From an uncultured Gammaproteobacteria bacterium (GTDB lineage Bacteria > Patescibacteriota > Patescibacteriia > XYB2-FULL-38-15): DNA of 64,000 nucleotides. Of this stretch, positions 40,577 to 50,416 are shown in pieces. The stretch covers positions 343,277 to 407,276 of the forward strand of contig OZ246416.1 of the NCBI GenBank assembly GCA_965231095.1, given 5' to 3'. Both the position numbers and the translations under genes were made by a program. The number at the start of each line of letters is the position of its first letter. The first letter of the stretch is position 1. The notes beneath the pieces were generated by a model. It saw only the letters and a program-made list of their open reading frames with translations. It did no database searches and had not been told where the DNA came from.

Positions 40577-43246
40577 CTATAACGATCTCTCCCCTGCCAT
40601 TGGCCCGGCCACACTCGTCGGCGTGCCAAGTTGCGTCCGCTCGGAAATTTCCGATTCCACGATTGTTTTGTCGCGGCCGTATTTTAATCTGGCAAGTTGC
40701 TTTAGGGCTTGCGCCAATTCTGTATCGCCTTTTTGCGGCGGAATGGTTTGCATATTAAACGCTTTTGAAGCGGCGTTATCAATCAAAAGTTTGATGTAGG
40801 CCGTATATTTTTCCACATTCAATAAATCATATTCATTAACCGTCGGGGCGAATTCTTTAGCGATTGTTTCGACGTCGTCCACGCCGATTCTGAAAGATAT
40901 CATTGTGCCGGCATTGCCGAAAACCGCGTCGCGAATTTTCGTATTATTATCTTTTACCAACTGCCCGACGTACTGATGGGCAATCGTAAGGCACAGCCGA
41001 TATTTTCTCGCTTCGGATAAAATCGTGGCAATACTGTCGGTAATGAAATTTTGAAACTCATCAATATAAAGATAAAAATCATGGCGCTCGGCCTCGGGAA
41101 GTTCGGCGCGGCTCATCGCGGCCATTTGTAATTTTGAAACAATAATCAAACCCAGAAGTTCGCTGTTCACTTCGCCGGTTTTTCCCTTGGCGAGATTCAC
41201 AAGCAAAATCTTTTTCTTATCCATTATTTCCCTAAAATCAAAACCCGAATGCGATTGGCCGATTATATTTCGCATCATTTCATTCTCCACAAACCGGCCG
41301 ACTTTGGAAATCAAATATCCCAACATTTCCGACTTATGAAAATCCGAAGTTTTGGCCATTTCTTTTTCCCAAAAAGCGCGAACCACCGGATCTTTAACGC
41401 GCGCCACCCATGATTTTTGAAAATCATTATCGGAAAACATCCTGGGAATCTCGGCGATCGTTCCGGGGTTCGCCAGATCCGACATCAAGGTCAACATCAC
41501 ATTTCTCATATTATGCTCAAACATCGGGCCAATCATTTCCGGCGGAAAAAGTTTGTAAAAAATCGCGATCATTTCTTGCACGGCAAAATCTTTTTGCGAT
41601 TCATCTTTTGCCTCAAGCATATTGAGGCCAATCGGCCGATCGGCGTCGGAGGGATCAAAAATAATCACATCGTCCAGCCGCTCTTTTGGCACGCCGGTTA
41701 AAATATCTTCAATCAAATCTCCATGCGGATCAACTACCGCGACGCCCTCACCATTTTGGATATCTTGCTTTACCATATTGGACAAAAGCACGGATTTACC
41801 AACACCGGATTTACCAATAACATAAACGTGGCGGCGGCGATCTTCGCGCTTGATTTTAACCATCACTTCTGTCCCGCGGAAAATAGATTTACCAAGCGTC
41901 AAGCCCTCTTTGGGCATATTAACCGGCGGCGCGGCTTTTTTCGCGAGGAGCCATTCAATATTGGGCGCTTCGGTCCAGGGCGACGGGAAATGAAACAGGC
42001 TCGCCATCTCTTCCGAATTTAAAACAACTTTTTTCTTTTCATGAAAACCGCGATGAATAAAATCTTTGATCAATTTTTTGAGAGGATGGCCGCCCGGCGA
42101 GGTGCGCGCAAAACTATTTCCGTATTGATAAATATTATATTGGGAAAAAGCATTGGTAATATTGTCCAAATTCATTTTTGCCCGCGCGAAATTTGGCGAA
42201 GAAGAAACAATTCTGATATTAACATCAACTCCGGCTTTGCTCGCCTTCTCTTCAAGTCCTTTAACCATTTCCTCTTCCATGGGAGAGAGGCGATATGGTT
42301 CCGGCGTGGATTTTACGATTTGGTCTTCGGGTTTTTTCTTTGCCCCGCCGGCAAACATTTTTCCAAACTCACCCAAAATTTTCATAAAAATATTTCCGCC
42401 AACTGACGACATCGCTTCACCGAGTTTTTTCCCTTGTTGCATTTCTTGGGCGATTTTAATTCCCGGACGCCGCCATTCTTTTCGCGCGCTACGCAGAACA
42501 AACTGAATCGCCGCGCCTTCATTTTTTTCCAATTTTGACAAAACATTTGTCAGAGCGTTCATCGGATCCGTTTCCATTTTTTTATAAGTTTTTATCGGAA
42601 AAAAATGAGGACGTTTAAAAGTTAAATAAGCGCCACGGATATCTCCGGTCGGCGTGAAAATATTGTAATCTTTAACTTCTTCAATAAAAGCTTCGTGATA
42701 GTTCGCCCGAATTTGCTGTTCAACATATTCTTGCAGATGTTTTGGCACAGCAACATAAAAAGAAATCAAACCCTTGTCGGCGATAATTTCAAAAGAAAGA
42801 TAGTCCGTCCGGCCGGTAAGCCAAGCGCTAATTCCCTTTTGCGCCTTGAGCCCGCCGATTGACGCGAAAAGCGCTTCGGCCGTAGCCACTCCTTCTTGAA
42901 TGGTTTGAACGGTAATTTCCCTTTTTTCCTGCGCCTGCGCTCGATCCGCCGATTCTTTGGGCACTGTCACGAGCAAAACAATATTTTTAAAAGAAGTGGA
43001 CATCTTTGTCCTGTGATGCAGGAATCTTCTGGTAAACAAAATTAAAAACCACAATCCCAAAAAAATCGTGGCTAAAGTAAAAATCATTATTCCGATCGGG
43101 CTCTCTGCAAAAATTCCGACTTCCGGGGGAATCTCCGCGGTCGGCAGGGCAATTTGATAAAGAGAAAAAACAAAAATCGCGCCGAGCGCGGTCCCGGGAA
43201 TCCATCCTCTTATTCTATGCCAAATTTTTTTCTCTACATCCTCCAT
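40577..43246 (-). CDS. VirD4/TraG/TraD-like (type IV secretion coupling-protein-type, DUF87/HerA-like) P-loop ATPase with N-terminal TM segments
   Basis: 889 aa; Walker A YVIGKSGVGKSV, VDPHGDL, Walker B FYLYIDEFQNF; two N-terminal TM helices. Confidence 0.7.
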   Translation of the reverse strand: MEDVEKKIWHRIRGWIPGTALGAIFVFSLYQIALPTAEIPPEVGIFAESPIGIMIFTLATIFLGLWFLILFTRRFLHHRTKMSTSFKNIVLLVTVPKESADRAQAQEKREITVQTIQEGVATAEALFASIGGLKAQKGISAWLTGRTDYLSFEIIADKGLISFYVAVPKHLQEYVEQQIRANYHEAFIEEVKDYNIFTPTGDIRGAYLTFKRPHFFPIKTYKKMETDPMNALTNVLSKLEKNEGAAIQFVLRSARKEWRRPGIKIAQEMQQGKKLGEAMSSVGGNIFMKILGEFGKMFAGGAKKKPEDQIVKSTPEPYRLSPMEEEMVKGLEEKASKAGVDVNIRIVSSSPNFARAKMNLDNITNAFSQYNIYQYGNSFARTSPGGHPLKKLIKDFIHRGFHEKKKVVLNSEEMASLFHFPSPWTEAPNIEWLLAKKAAPPVNMPKEGLTLGKSIFRGTEVMVKIKREDRRRHVYVIGKSGVGKSVLLSNMVKQDIQNGEGVAVVDPHGDLIEDILTGVPKERLDDVIIFDPSDADRPIGLNMLEAKDESQKDFAVQEMIAIFYKLFPPEMIGPMFEHNMRNVMLTLMSDLANPGTIAEIPRMFSDNDFQKSWVARVKDPVVRAFWEKEMAKTSDFHKSEMLGYLISKVGRFVENEMMRNIIGQSHSGFDFREIMDKKKILLVNLAKGKTGEVNSELLGLIIVSKLQMAAMSRAELPEAERHDFYLYIDEFQNFITDSIATILSEARKYRLCLTIAHQYVGQLVKDNNTKIRDAVFGNAGTMISFRIGVDDVETIAKEFAPTVNEYDLLNVEKYTAYIKLLIDNAASKAFNMQTIPPQKGDTELAQALKQLARLKYGRDKTIVESEISERTQLGTPTSVAGPMAGERSL

Positions 43247-43322
43247 AGATTAGTATCTGGTATCTAGTATTTTATTCCGTAAAAAATCTTATACAAGACA
43301 CCACACCACGCGACACACTGTT

Positions 43323-43817
43323 TTAAATATTTTTATTTTTTTCTTCCGTCATCGTCATCAACTTGTCTGTCTTAATTTTCGCTTCCTGCTCCAGAAAAAA
43401 TTTATTAACTCCGGGAATAATTTTTAACCAGGCGCGGATCAATTTTAAAATTTTCCTGGCAACGGATTTTCCCGCCTCCATCATCTTTTCTATTTTTGTC
43501 GCCGTCTCCTCCCCTTTTTCTTTAAACGCCGCTTGTTTTTCCGGCGGCATGGAAAAATAAAAAGATTCAAGGTCTTCTTCCAAAATTTTTTCAATTTTAA
43601 CCAGGGATTCGCTTTTCGGCGGTTTTTCCGTAACGGGGTGAACGGCCGCGGCAACGAGCGGCTTTTTTCCGTTTTTTTCTTCGTCCGGAGAAATTTTTTC
43701 CCACTCCGGCTTCGGCGCCTTTTCCACTTCAACTTTTTTTTCGGGCGCGACGGGCTCCTGTTCCGGAATGGCTTCTTCCAGCCCGCCGATTTTTTCAATT
43801 TTATCCTTAATATCCAT
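43323..43817 (-). CDS. Hypothetical Lys/Glu-rich protein upstream of the VirD4-like ATPase
   Basis: 164 aa; low-complexity charged N-terminal half. Confidence 0.45.
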   Translation of the reverse strand: MDIKDKIEKIGGLEEAIPEQEPVAPEKKVEVEKAPKPEWEKISPDEEKNGKKPLVAAAVHPVTEKPPKSESLVKIEKILEEDLESFYFSMPPEKQAAFKEKGEETATKIEKMMEAGKSVARKILKLIRAWLKIIPGVNKFFLEQEAKIKTDKLMTMTEEKNKNI

Positions 43818-43913
43818 GTAAATAAATTATAATGTTTGCCACTAAATTTATAAATTGTACCACATTTTATAAATTTATGCTAAAATGAAGTTGTTGATAA
43901 CTTTAGGAGGAAT

Positions 43914-44825
43914 ATGTTAAAAACTGTTAGCGAATTTAAAAACGCTAAATTTTCCTGGATAAACGTCACAAAAAATGGTGAGAAAGAACTTGAATATCTG
44001 GGGAAAAAATTCGGTTTTCACGAACTTGATTTAAAAGATTGCTTGCCTCCGCTTCAGCGGCCGAAATTGGTAATTAGAAAAAATTACCTCTTCATGATTT
44101 TACTTTTCCCTGTTTTCAACAGAAAAACTAGGGTTCTCTACGCCGCGGAAGTGGATTTTTTTATTACTCCCGAAAAACTTGTTACGGTCGGCGGAAACGA
44201 ACTTATTCCTCTTCAAGAAATTTTTGATAAATGCCGCGCGAAAAAAATTAAATGTACCAACGCCCCCGACCTTCTTCACGAAATTTTACACGAACTTCTC
44301 CTCTCTTGTTTTCCGATGCTCGTCCATATTTCCAATGATATTGACAGCGTGGAAAACCAATTGCGTTCCGAATTTGAGAAAGGAACCATCACGGAAATTC
44401 TTCGTATAAAAACAAATATTGTAAATTTTCGAAAAGCGATGCAGCCGCACAAACAAGTAATCAGAGCTCTGATCGCCGAATCTCCCAGATTCTTCCGGGC
44501 GGAAAAAATAAAAATTTATTTTGAAAACTTAGTCGGTTATACTAAAGAAATTTGGGATCTTCTGGATAATTATAAAGACACAATTGACGCCCTCCATGAA
44601 ACAAACGTCTCTCTGATTGACTTCCGGATAAATGAAATAATGAAAACTTTAACAATTTTTTCTGTGATAGTTTTCCCGCTGACGCTTCTGGCCGCGCTTT
44701 TCGGAATGGATGTTCAGGGCATGCCGCTTGCCAACCATCCTTACGGTTTTTGGATAATTCTCGGCGGGATGACGTTTGGCGCTCTGGGACTGCTTTGGTT
44801 TTTTGAAAGAAAAAAGTGGCTGTAA
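43914..44825 (+). CDS. corA: CorA-family divalent cation transporter (GMN motif replaced by GMD)
   Basis: 303 aa; two C-terminal TM helices; signature ...ALFGMDVQGMP...; AGGAGG RBS 6 nt upstream. Confidence 0.8.
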   Translation: MLKTVSEFKNAKFSWINVTKNGEKELEYLGKKFGFHELDLKDCLPPLQRPKLVIRKNYLFMILLFPVFNRKTRVLYAAEVDFFITPEKLVTVGGNELIPLQEIFDKCRAKKIKCTNAPDLLHEILHELLLSCFPMLVHISNDIDSVENQLRSEFEKGTITEILRIKTNIVNFRKAMQPHKQVIRALIAESPRFFRAEKIKIYFENLVGYTKEIWDLLDNYKDTIDALHETNVSLIDFRINEIMKTLTIFSVIVFPLTLLAALFGMDVQGMPLANHPYGFWIILGGMTFGALGLLWFFERKKWL

Positions 44826-44827
44826 GT

Positions 44828-46264
44828 CTAATTTTTCTTTTTTACTTTCTGTCCTTCCGCTGTATCCTCTACTGTATAACCCGCTTCTTCAATTTTTTTT
44901 CTCACCTCATCAGCTTTTGCCCAATCTTTCGCGCTTCTTGCCTGCTCCCTACTTGCGAGCAGTTTTTTTATTTCTTCGGAAATTTTTTCTTCTTTCAACG
45001 TTTCCAAACCAAAGCCCAAAACGCCGTCCATCGCGAGCAGGGTTCTTTTGGCAATTTTTATTTCATCCTCAGAAATTCCGCGAGAAATCGCCGCGTTAAT
45101 TTCTTTTACAAAATTGAGCAGTGCCGCGAGCGCCCCGGAAATATTTAGGTCGTCGCCAAGCGCCGCTTCAAAATCAACAATATTTTTTTCCGCCGCCCCA
45201 AAAAGTTCTCGACCGCCGCCAGATTTACGGGCTACGCTATTAATTTTTGTCCAAGCCTCATCAATTTTCGCAATATTTTTTTCCGCCGCGCCGAGCCCGT
45301 CAAAAGTAAAATTCAATGAATCGCGATAATGGGTGGAAAGCAGAAGATACCGGACGGCTCGCGGAGAAAATCCCCTTTCCAAAACTTGATTTAAAGTATA
45401 AAAATTATTTTTTGACTTGCTCATTTTTTCCCCATCAACCATCAAATGCTTTGCGTGCAGCCAAAACCGGACGAATTTCTTTCCCGTCGCCCCTTCCGAC
45501 TGGGCAATTTCCGATTCGTGATGAGGAAATTTATTATCCTCGCCGCCGGTATGAATATCAATCGTTTCTCCCAAATATTTCATGGACATGGCTGAACATT
45601 CAATATGCCAGCCGGGATAACCCTTTCCCCAGGGCGAATTCCACTGCATAATGTGCGACGGATTTTTTATCCATAAAGCAAAATCGTATGGATTTTTTTT
45701 CTCGGGCAAAACTTCTACCCGCGCCCCGGCGATCAAGTCTTCCAGTTTATTTCCCGACAATTTTCCCCACCCGGAAAATTTTGATAAATCAAAATAAACA
45801 GAACCGTTAACCTCGTAGGCATAACCGTTTTTTATCAGCTTCAGAATAATTTTTATCATTTCCCGAACGTGATCGGTCGCCCTGGGATATTTCCATGCTT
45901 TTTCCAAATTTATTTTTTTAATGTCGGCAAAAAACGCCTTGGCAAAAAAATCCGCGACCTGCCAAGGATCTTTTTTCTCGCGCCGCGAGGCCGCCTCCAT
46001 TTTATCTTCTCCAATATCAGCATCAGCCACCATATGCCCGACGTCGGTAATGTTCATCACTTGTTTAACTTTATATCCTTCAAATTCCAAAACGCGCCGC
46101 AACAAATCAGCAACTAAAAAAGACCGTAAGTTTCCGATATGAACGTAATCGTAAACCGTCGGCCCGCAAGTATACATCGTCACCAATTTTTTCTTCTTTT
46201 TTTCTTCCGCCAGAGACCGAAAAATTTCTTTTTGTTTTGTAAGAGAGTTATAAAGTTTTAACAT
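44828..46264 (-). CDS. cysS: Cysteine--tRNA ligase
   Basis: 478 aa; HIGN (HIGH-class) and KMSKS motifs. Confidence 0.95.
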   Translation of the reverse strand: MLKLYNSLTKQKEIFRSLAEEKKKKKLVTMYTCGPTVYDYVHIGNLRSFLVADLLRRVLEFEGYKVKQVMNITDVGHMVADADIGEDKMEAASRREKKDPWQVADFFAKAFFADIKKINLEKAWKYPRATDHVREMIKIILKLIKNGYAYEVNGSVYFDLSKFSGWGKLSGNKLEDLIAGARVEVLPEKKNPYDFALWIKNPSHIMQWNSPWGKGYPGWHIECSAMSMKYLGETIDIHTGGEDNKFPHHESEIAQSEGATGKKFVRFWLHAKHLMVDGEKMSKSKNNFYTLNQVLERGFSPRAVRYLLLSTHYRDSLNFTFDGLGAAEKNIAKIDEAWTKINSVARKSGGGRELFGAAEKNIVDFEAALGDDLNISGALAALLNFVKEINAAISRGISEDEIKIAKRTLLAMDGVLGFGLETLKEEKISEEIKKLLASREQARSAKDWAKADEVRKKIEEAGYTVEDTAEGQKVKKKN

Positions 46265-46290
46265 TTTGTTTTAACAATTTTTTGTTTAAA

Positions 46291-48189
46291 TTACTGCGCC
46301 CGCAAACCCGTATCGGAATACGTACCGGCCCCGCCGCAAAAAACTTTCGCTTCACTGCCGCCGTAGTCCGCAATCAATCTTCCCTCGTTTGCCGCGCCGT
46401 CATTGCATCTGTAAATAATATGTATCCCAGCGGGAGCGGGACAATTTGTTCCATCCTGCAAGCAAATATTTCTCCCCAAAACCGTGGCGTTTCCATTAAC
46501 GCTCAATACCCCGGTGACATTTAAGTCATCCTGAACCTGGACAACCGTTCCTACATATGGAGCCATGAGCACTAAATTTCCCGGACTGATAACCCCGGCG
46601 GAGTTGGTATCCAAAATACCGTTGACTCCGTCATGCCGCAGTCTGATATTTTTCTGATTGCCCGGATCCGCCGCGGAAATCCAACTTCCGGAAATTGTGT
46701 TAATTCCTCCCGTCCCTGTCATTTGTCCTTCAATAAAAAATGCACTATTCAAATAAACCCTCGCCATCGCGTCTTGCCACTGTAAATATTTACTCCCGTC
46801 GTCAAAATAAATATAATCGTCATTCCCTACTGCGCCCATTCCGATTCTCAAATTACCGCCGACCGTGAGAACATCTGCCGCTTTATCATATGTTAACCCG
46901 GCATCGCCGCCAAAAGTTCCTACATCGTTAAATTGAATTTGTCCATTCACTCCGCCAGGCGCCGCGCCAGCCGGCCAAGCTCCAATGCAATTTCCTTGTA
47001 TACAAAGTTGCTCAGCGTTTAGTGTGCCGGGTCCCCTGTACGCACCCACCGCCGCGCCCACCACTCCGGCATCAACATAGACTCCCTTGCCCCCAATAAA
47101 ATATCCTGACCAAGCAGCGGCATCGGTGACAGTGGAATAGACTCCATAACCCGATCCTTGCGCTTTGAAATAGCCTCCATAATTTTTTCCCGGCGAACCT
47201 CCGCCTGCGGCCATAACTCCAATATTGTTATCGCCCCCCATAACAATCGCCGCGTTGCCGGCAAAAAATTGACCGCCTTTATTAAGCCCGATCAATGACG
47301 TCGCCGTACCGGAAACCGCCATGCTGCTTTCTCCGTTTGAAAGCCCGTAAACCCCAAAGCTCGCGTCGCCGTTCGTTATCCCATAGACACCAACTCCTCC
47401 CAAAGCTTCTGATTGAAAAAATCCGCCCGCGTCGCCGGAACTTATTCCTTGTATCGCCGGCGTTAAATTTGTGTTCGCGTTAATTTGCCCGGCCACATCA
47501 AGTTTATAAGCCGGATCCACTCCGATGCCGACATTTCCTCCGCTTGTCAGAATTAATCTGTTGTCAGTTCTCCAAAAACGAAGCTGATCCGTAGCGGCAT
47601 CGCGATAAATCGCCCAATGAGTGTCCATGGCCGGACTGCCAAAATCCAATTCCGGATTACTGCCGGGAACTGGCAGGAGATAAATTCTTGGTGCGACCCC
47701 GCCAACCATTAAATTAAAAGCTGTATTGGTTGTCCCAACTCCTACATTTCCCGCGGCGCCGATTTGTATCCGCCCGATGCCATTAGTTTCCAAAGACAGC
47801 GGCACATTATCATTTGTCCCCAAAACCGCCGTCGGACCAAATCCAACATTTCCTTCATCAACAAAAGCGCTGACTGCTTCCGGCCAATTAACGCGGCAAT
47901 TTCCCTGAATGCAAAGTTGCTCGGCATTCAGCGTTCCCAACCCCATATTTCCTCCCGCGGGCGCGCCAACAATTTGCCCGCCTCCCACGGAAAAATTTCC
48001 CCCAACTGTTAAATCGCCGGTTTTACTCTGCGCTCCGGCGCCAACATTAATCGGAGCCGGAACATTATCTCCCGGCGGAAGAGCCCCGGGTTCGGTCCAA
48101 GCGATTGCTGAGGCATAACGCAAACCAAAACCGCTCGCGATACTAAAAATTACAAGCACAAGTGAGATGAAAAAAAGTCTTTGACGCAT
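46291..48189 (-). CDS. Large secreted Gly/Ala/Asn-rich protein with an internal repeat (GTLNAEQLCIQGNC occurs twice); fibre/adhesin-like
   Basis: 632 aa; N-terminal signal/TM; repeats GLGTLNAEQLCIQGNCRVNWPE / GPGTLNAEQLCIQGNCIGAWPAG. Confidence 0.5.
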   Translation of the reverse strand: MRQRLFFISLVLVIFSIASGFGLRYASAIAWTEPGALPPGDNVPAPINVGAGAQSKTGDLTVGGNFSVGGGQIVGAPAGGNMGLGTLNAEQLCIQGNCRVNWPEAVSAFVDEGNVGFGPTAVLGTNDNVPLSLETNGIGRIQIGAAGNVGVGTTNTAFNLMVGGVAPRIYLLPVPGSNPELDFGSPAMDTHWAIYRDAATDQLRFWRTDNRLILTSGGNVGIGVDPAYKLDVAGQINANTNLTPAIQGISSGDAGGFFQSEALGGVGVYGITNGDASFGVYGLSNGESSMAVSGTATSLIGLNKGGQFFAGNAAIVMGGDNNIGVMAAGGGSPGKNYGGYFKAQGSGYGVYSTVTDAAAWSGYFIGGKGVYVDAGVVGAAVGAYRGPGTLNAEQLCIQGNCIGAWPAGAAPGGVNGQIQFNDVGTFGGDAGLTYDKAADVLTVGGNLRIGMGAVGNDDYIYFDDGSKYLQWQDAMARVYLNSAFFIEGQMTGTGGINTISGSWISAADPGNQKNIRLRHDGVNGILDTNSAGVISPGNLVLMAPYVGTVVQVQDDLNVTGVLSVNGNATVLGRNICLQDGTNCPAPAGIHIIYRCNDGAANEGRLIADYGGSEAKVFCGGAGTYSDTGLRAQ

Positions 48190-48277
48190 ATTCTATAAAC
48201 TTTATTAACTTTATTTAAGTATAACATAAATCAGAAAGACAAAAAATACCCCCGCGCCAAGGCAGCGGCATGCGACA

Positions 48278-48316
48278 AATAAAAAAACGCCGGACAAAAG
48301 CACAAGTGTCCGGCGT
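48278..48316 (-). terminator. Intrinsic terminator of the GC-rich LysM gene (acgccggaca...tgtccggcgt + T8 on minus strand)
   Basis: 10-bp perfect stem and T-run read directly. Confidence 0.6.
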
Positions 48317-48360
48317 AGAAAAAACAACCAAGAAAAATCCTCCCAAAAATATCGCCGAAT

Positions 48361-50334
48361 TTATTCGGGCTTCGGCAAACCCGTATCGTGTGTGGCGTGT
48401 TCCCAGGCGTATTCTTCGGCCGAAACAGCCCGCCTGCACACGCTGCAGTAGAACTCGCTCTCTTCGTGCGAGGGCTCGGCGGCGACCGGAATATGCGGTC
48501 CGGTTTCGTGAGAGACATCCGCACTCGCCGGGGGTGGCGGCGCGCACGACCCAAGATGCGCTTCCCGAGACGCGAGGGGAACTTCTTCTCCGTCTGGCCG
48601 CACGCACGTTTTCGAACCGGGGATTTCTTCCCTCGCGCCGATGCCGTGCGCCACGGCCCGATGTTCGTCCAGCTTGTCGAACGAAACCTCGTGTCCGCAG
48701 TCGGGACAGAGAACCTTGGTCACCCCCATCACTGGTTCCGAACCGGGCGGATCGATACCTGTCATGTCGCTCGGATCGTCTGGGGGCGGAGGGAGCCTTC
48801 TTGTTTCTCCTTCGTCGTCCGCCTCACGGGACAGATCTCTGTGCCGTTCTTCTCGGTCATCCAGCCCACGCGCTCGATCTTCGAGTTCCTGTCGCGCTTC
48901 AGCGGTGAATCGCTCGAATTCGGCTTGCCTCCTCCGAAGATCATCCTCGGCTCTGGCGAGCCTTTCTTCCACCGCTCTCACGTCCCGCTCGCGCCCGGCA
49001 AGAACTGCCGAATGGTCTGTCACTTCGCCTTCCCGCCGAGTAACTTCGTCCTCTCTGGCCTTGAGTTGACGCCTCTGCTCCTCAAGAGCAGGGACGTCTT
49101 CGTCAAGGCAACGCATGGCTCCTTCCACTGCGCCGCGCTGCTTGGCAAACTCGGCCTGTTCGGTGCGAAACTGCGCGGAAGTTTGGTCTAGAATTTCACG
49201 GAGACTGGCAAGCCTTCTCTCCTTCTCTTCCTGAGTTGCCGCTTGCCCCTCAAGCCTTGCTTGCGTGCCGTTCAGTTCACCGCGAAGTCGCCCGAGGCGT
49301 TCGTCTTCCTCACGGACATGCGTTGAAAAAGCCTTGGTGCGTCCCAGAAGTTGGTGCTCCGCTTCCTTGATCTCGCCCTCGCGGCGAGTGCAAGTCGCTT
49401 CCCGATCGGCCACAGCCCTCTTTGCCGCATCCAGATCGGCCTCGCCCTGCTTCTGCGTCGCCTCGCGCGCTGCCAGATCCTTCTCCTGTTTGTCCTGCTC
49501 GGCCTTCTCTTTGCCGAGCTTGGTCCCGAGATCGTCCTGCTCGCGCGCTTGCCGGTCGAGTTTCTTCTCCCACAGGTCCAGCTCCGCGCCGCGCTTCTTG
49601 TTCTTCTCGGCCTGCGCGATGAGGCCCGGATGGACAACCTGCACGAGATGATTGAACTTCTTGCCCTTGCGGTACGAGACGAACACGATGGCCAAAACCG
49701 CGACGAACGCGGTAAGCGCAACGGCCAAGACGATGTGGGTGGCGTTCGTCGCCCGAACTTCCACCTGCTTCGGCTGATGGGAAAGCACGGTTTCCAGATT
49801 GGACTGGAGTTCGTCGTGCTGGCCACTGGCCTCCGCCCTTGCCGCGACAAGACCCTTGTTCTCATCTCGCAAATCGTCGAGTTCGGAAATGAGATCGTCG
49901 CGCTCTTGCCGCACTTCGACGAGGTCGGATTTCTCCGCCTCGTACTTCTCTTCCAGCTCGGCCATTTCGGCTCGAAGCGCCTCAAGCTCAGTACGCAACG
50001 CGCCATTCTCGGCCTGGATCAAAATCCGCGGCTCGGGAACGATGAGTGTCTTGCCGGCGATGAGGTAAACCCTCGGCCGGCCGCAAACAAACCGAATCGT
50101 TCCGTCTCGAAGCTCAATCTTCTGCGGCCTGTCGCAAGCAATGCCGTAGGCCGAGCGCGGATTGGCCGCCAGGAGCTCTTCTCCTGTCAGACCGTACCGC
50201 GCCGCTACCCGCTCCAGTCGATCTCCCGGCTGGACCGTGTAGGTTCCGGGCTCACTGGCCGAACCTTCCGCCGAAGCGGAAGCCGCCCGAACGAACCCGA
50301 GCGCCAGAGCGAAAAGAACAACTACCTTTTTCAT
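48361..50334 (-). CDS. GC-rich island protein: signal peptide - LysM domain - coiled coil - TM helix - long Glu/Arg/Ala coiled coil - two C-terminal C2H2-type zinc fingers
   Basis: 657 aa; LysM YTVQPGDRLERVAARYGLTGEELLAANP; TM HIVLAVALTAFVAVLAIVFVSY; CPDCGHEVSFDKLDEHRAVAH and CSVCRRAVSAEEYAWEHATH (C-x2-C-x12-H-x3/4-H); GGGAGGG RBS; ~62-65% GC. Confidence 0.65.
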   Translation of the reverse strand: MKKVVVLFALALGFVRAASASAEGSASEPGTYTVQPGDRLERVAARYGLTGEELLAANPRSAYGIACDRPQKIELRDGTIRFVCGRPRVYLIAGKTLIVPEPRILIQAENGALRTELEALRAEMAELEEKYEAEKSDLVEVRQERDDLISELDDLRDENKGLVAARAEASGQHDELQSNLETVLSHQPKQVEVRATNATHIVLAVALTAFVAVLAIVFVSYRKGKKFNHLVQVVHPGLIAQAEKNKKRGAELDLWEKKLDRQAREQDDLGTKLGKEKAEQDKQEKDLAAREATQKQGEADLDAAKRAVADREATCTRREGEIKEAEHQLLGRTKAFSTHVREEDERLGRLRGELNGTQARLEGQAATQEEKERRLASLREILDQTSAQFRTEQAEFAKQRGAVEGAMRCLDEDVPALEEQRRQLKAREDEVTRREGEVTDHSAVLAGRERDVRAVEERLARAEDDLRRRQAEFERFTAEARQELEDRARGLDDREERHRDLSREADDEGETRRLPPPPDDPSDMTGIDPPGSEPVMGVTKVLCPDCGHEVSFDKLDEHRAVAHGIGAREEIPGSKTCVRPDGEEVPLASREAHLGSCAPPPPASADVSHETGPHIPVAAEPSHEESEFYCSVCRRAVSAEEYAWEHATHDTGLPKPE

Positions 50335-50416
50335 TTTTCCCTCCCTTGACCCCTTGGGCCAAGAAGTCGGTTATAAAGGAACAAAGCCCAACCCATCATT
50401 GGGTAAGCCTCCGTAT

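Noticed and set aside
43490-43832. Lys/Arg-rich 99-102-aa ORFs overlapping the 43323-43817 gene
   Set aside because: Frame-shifted low-complexity shadows of a Lys/Glu-rich coding region.
49272-50349. Overlapping 244-aa and 332-aa ORFs (both strands) inside the LysM/ZnF gene
   Set aside because: Low-complexity Arg/Ser/Leu-rich translations nested in a longer ORF that has clear domain architecture; GC-rich shadow frames.
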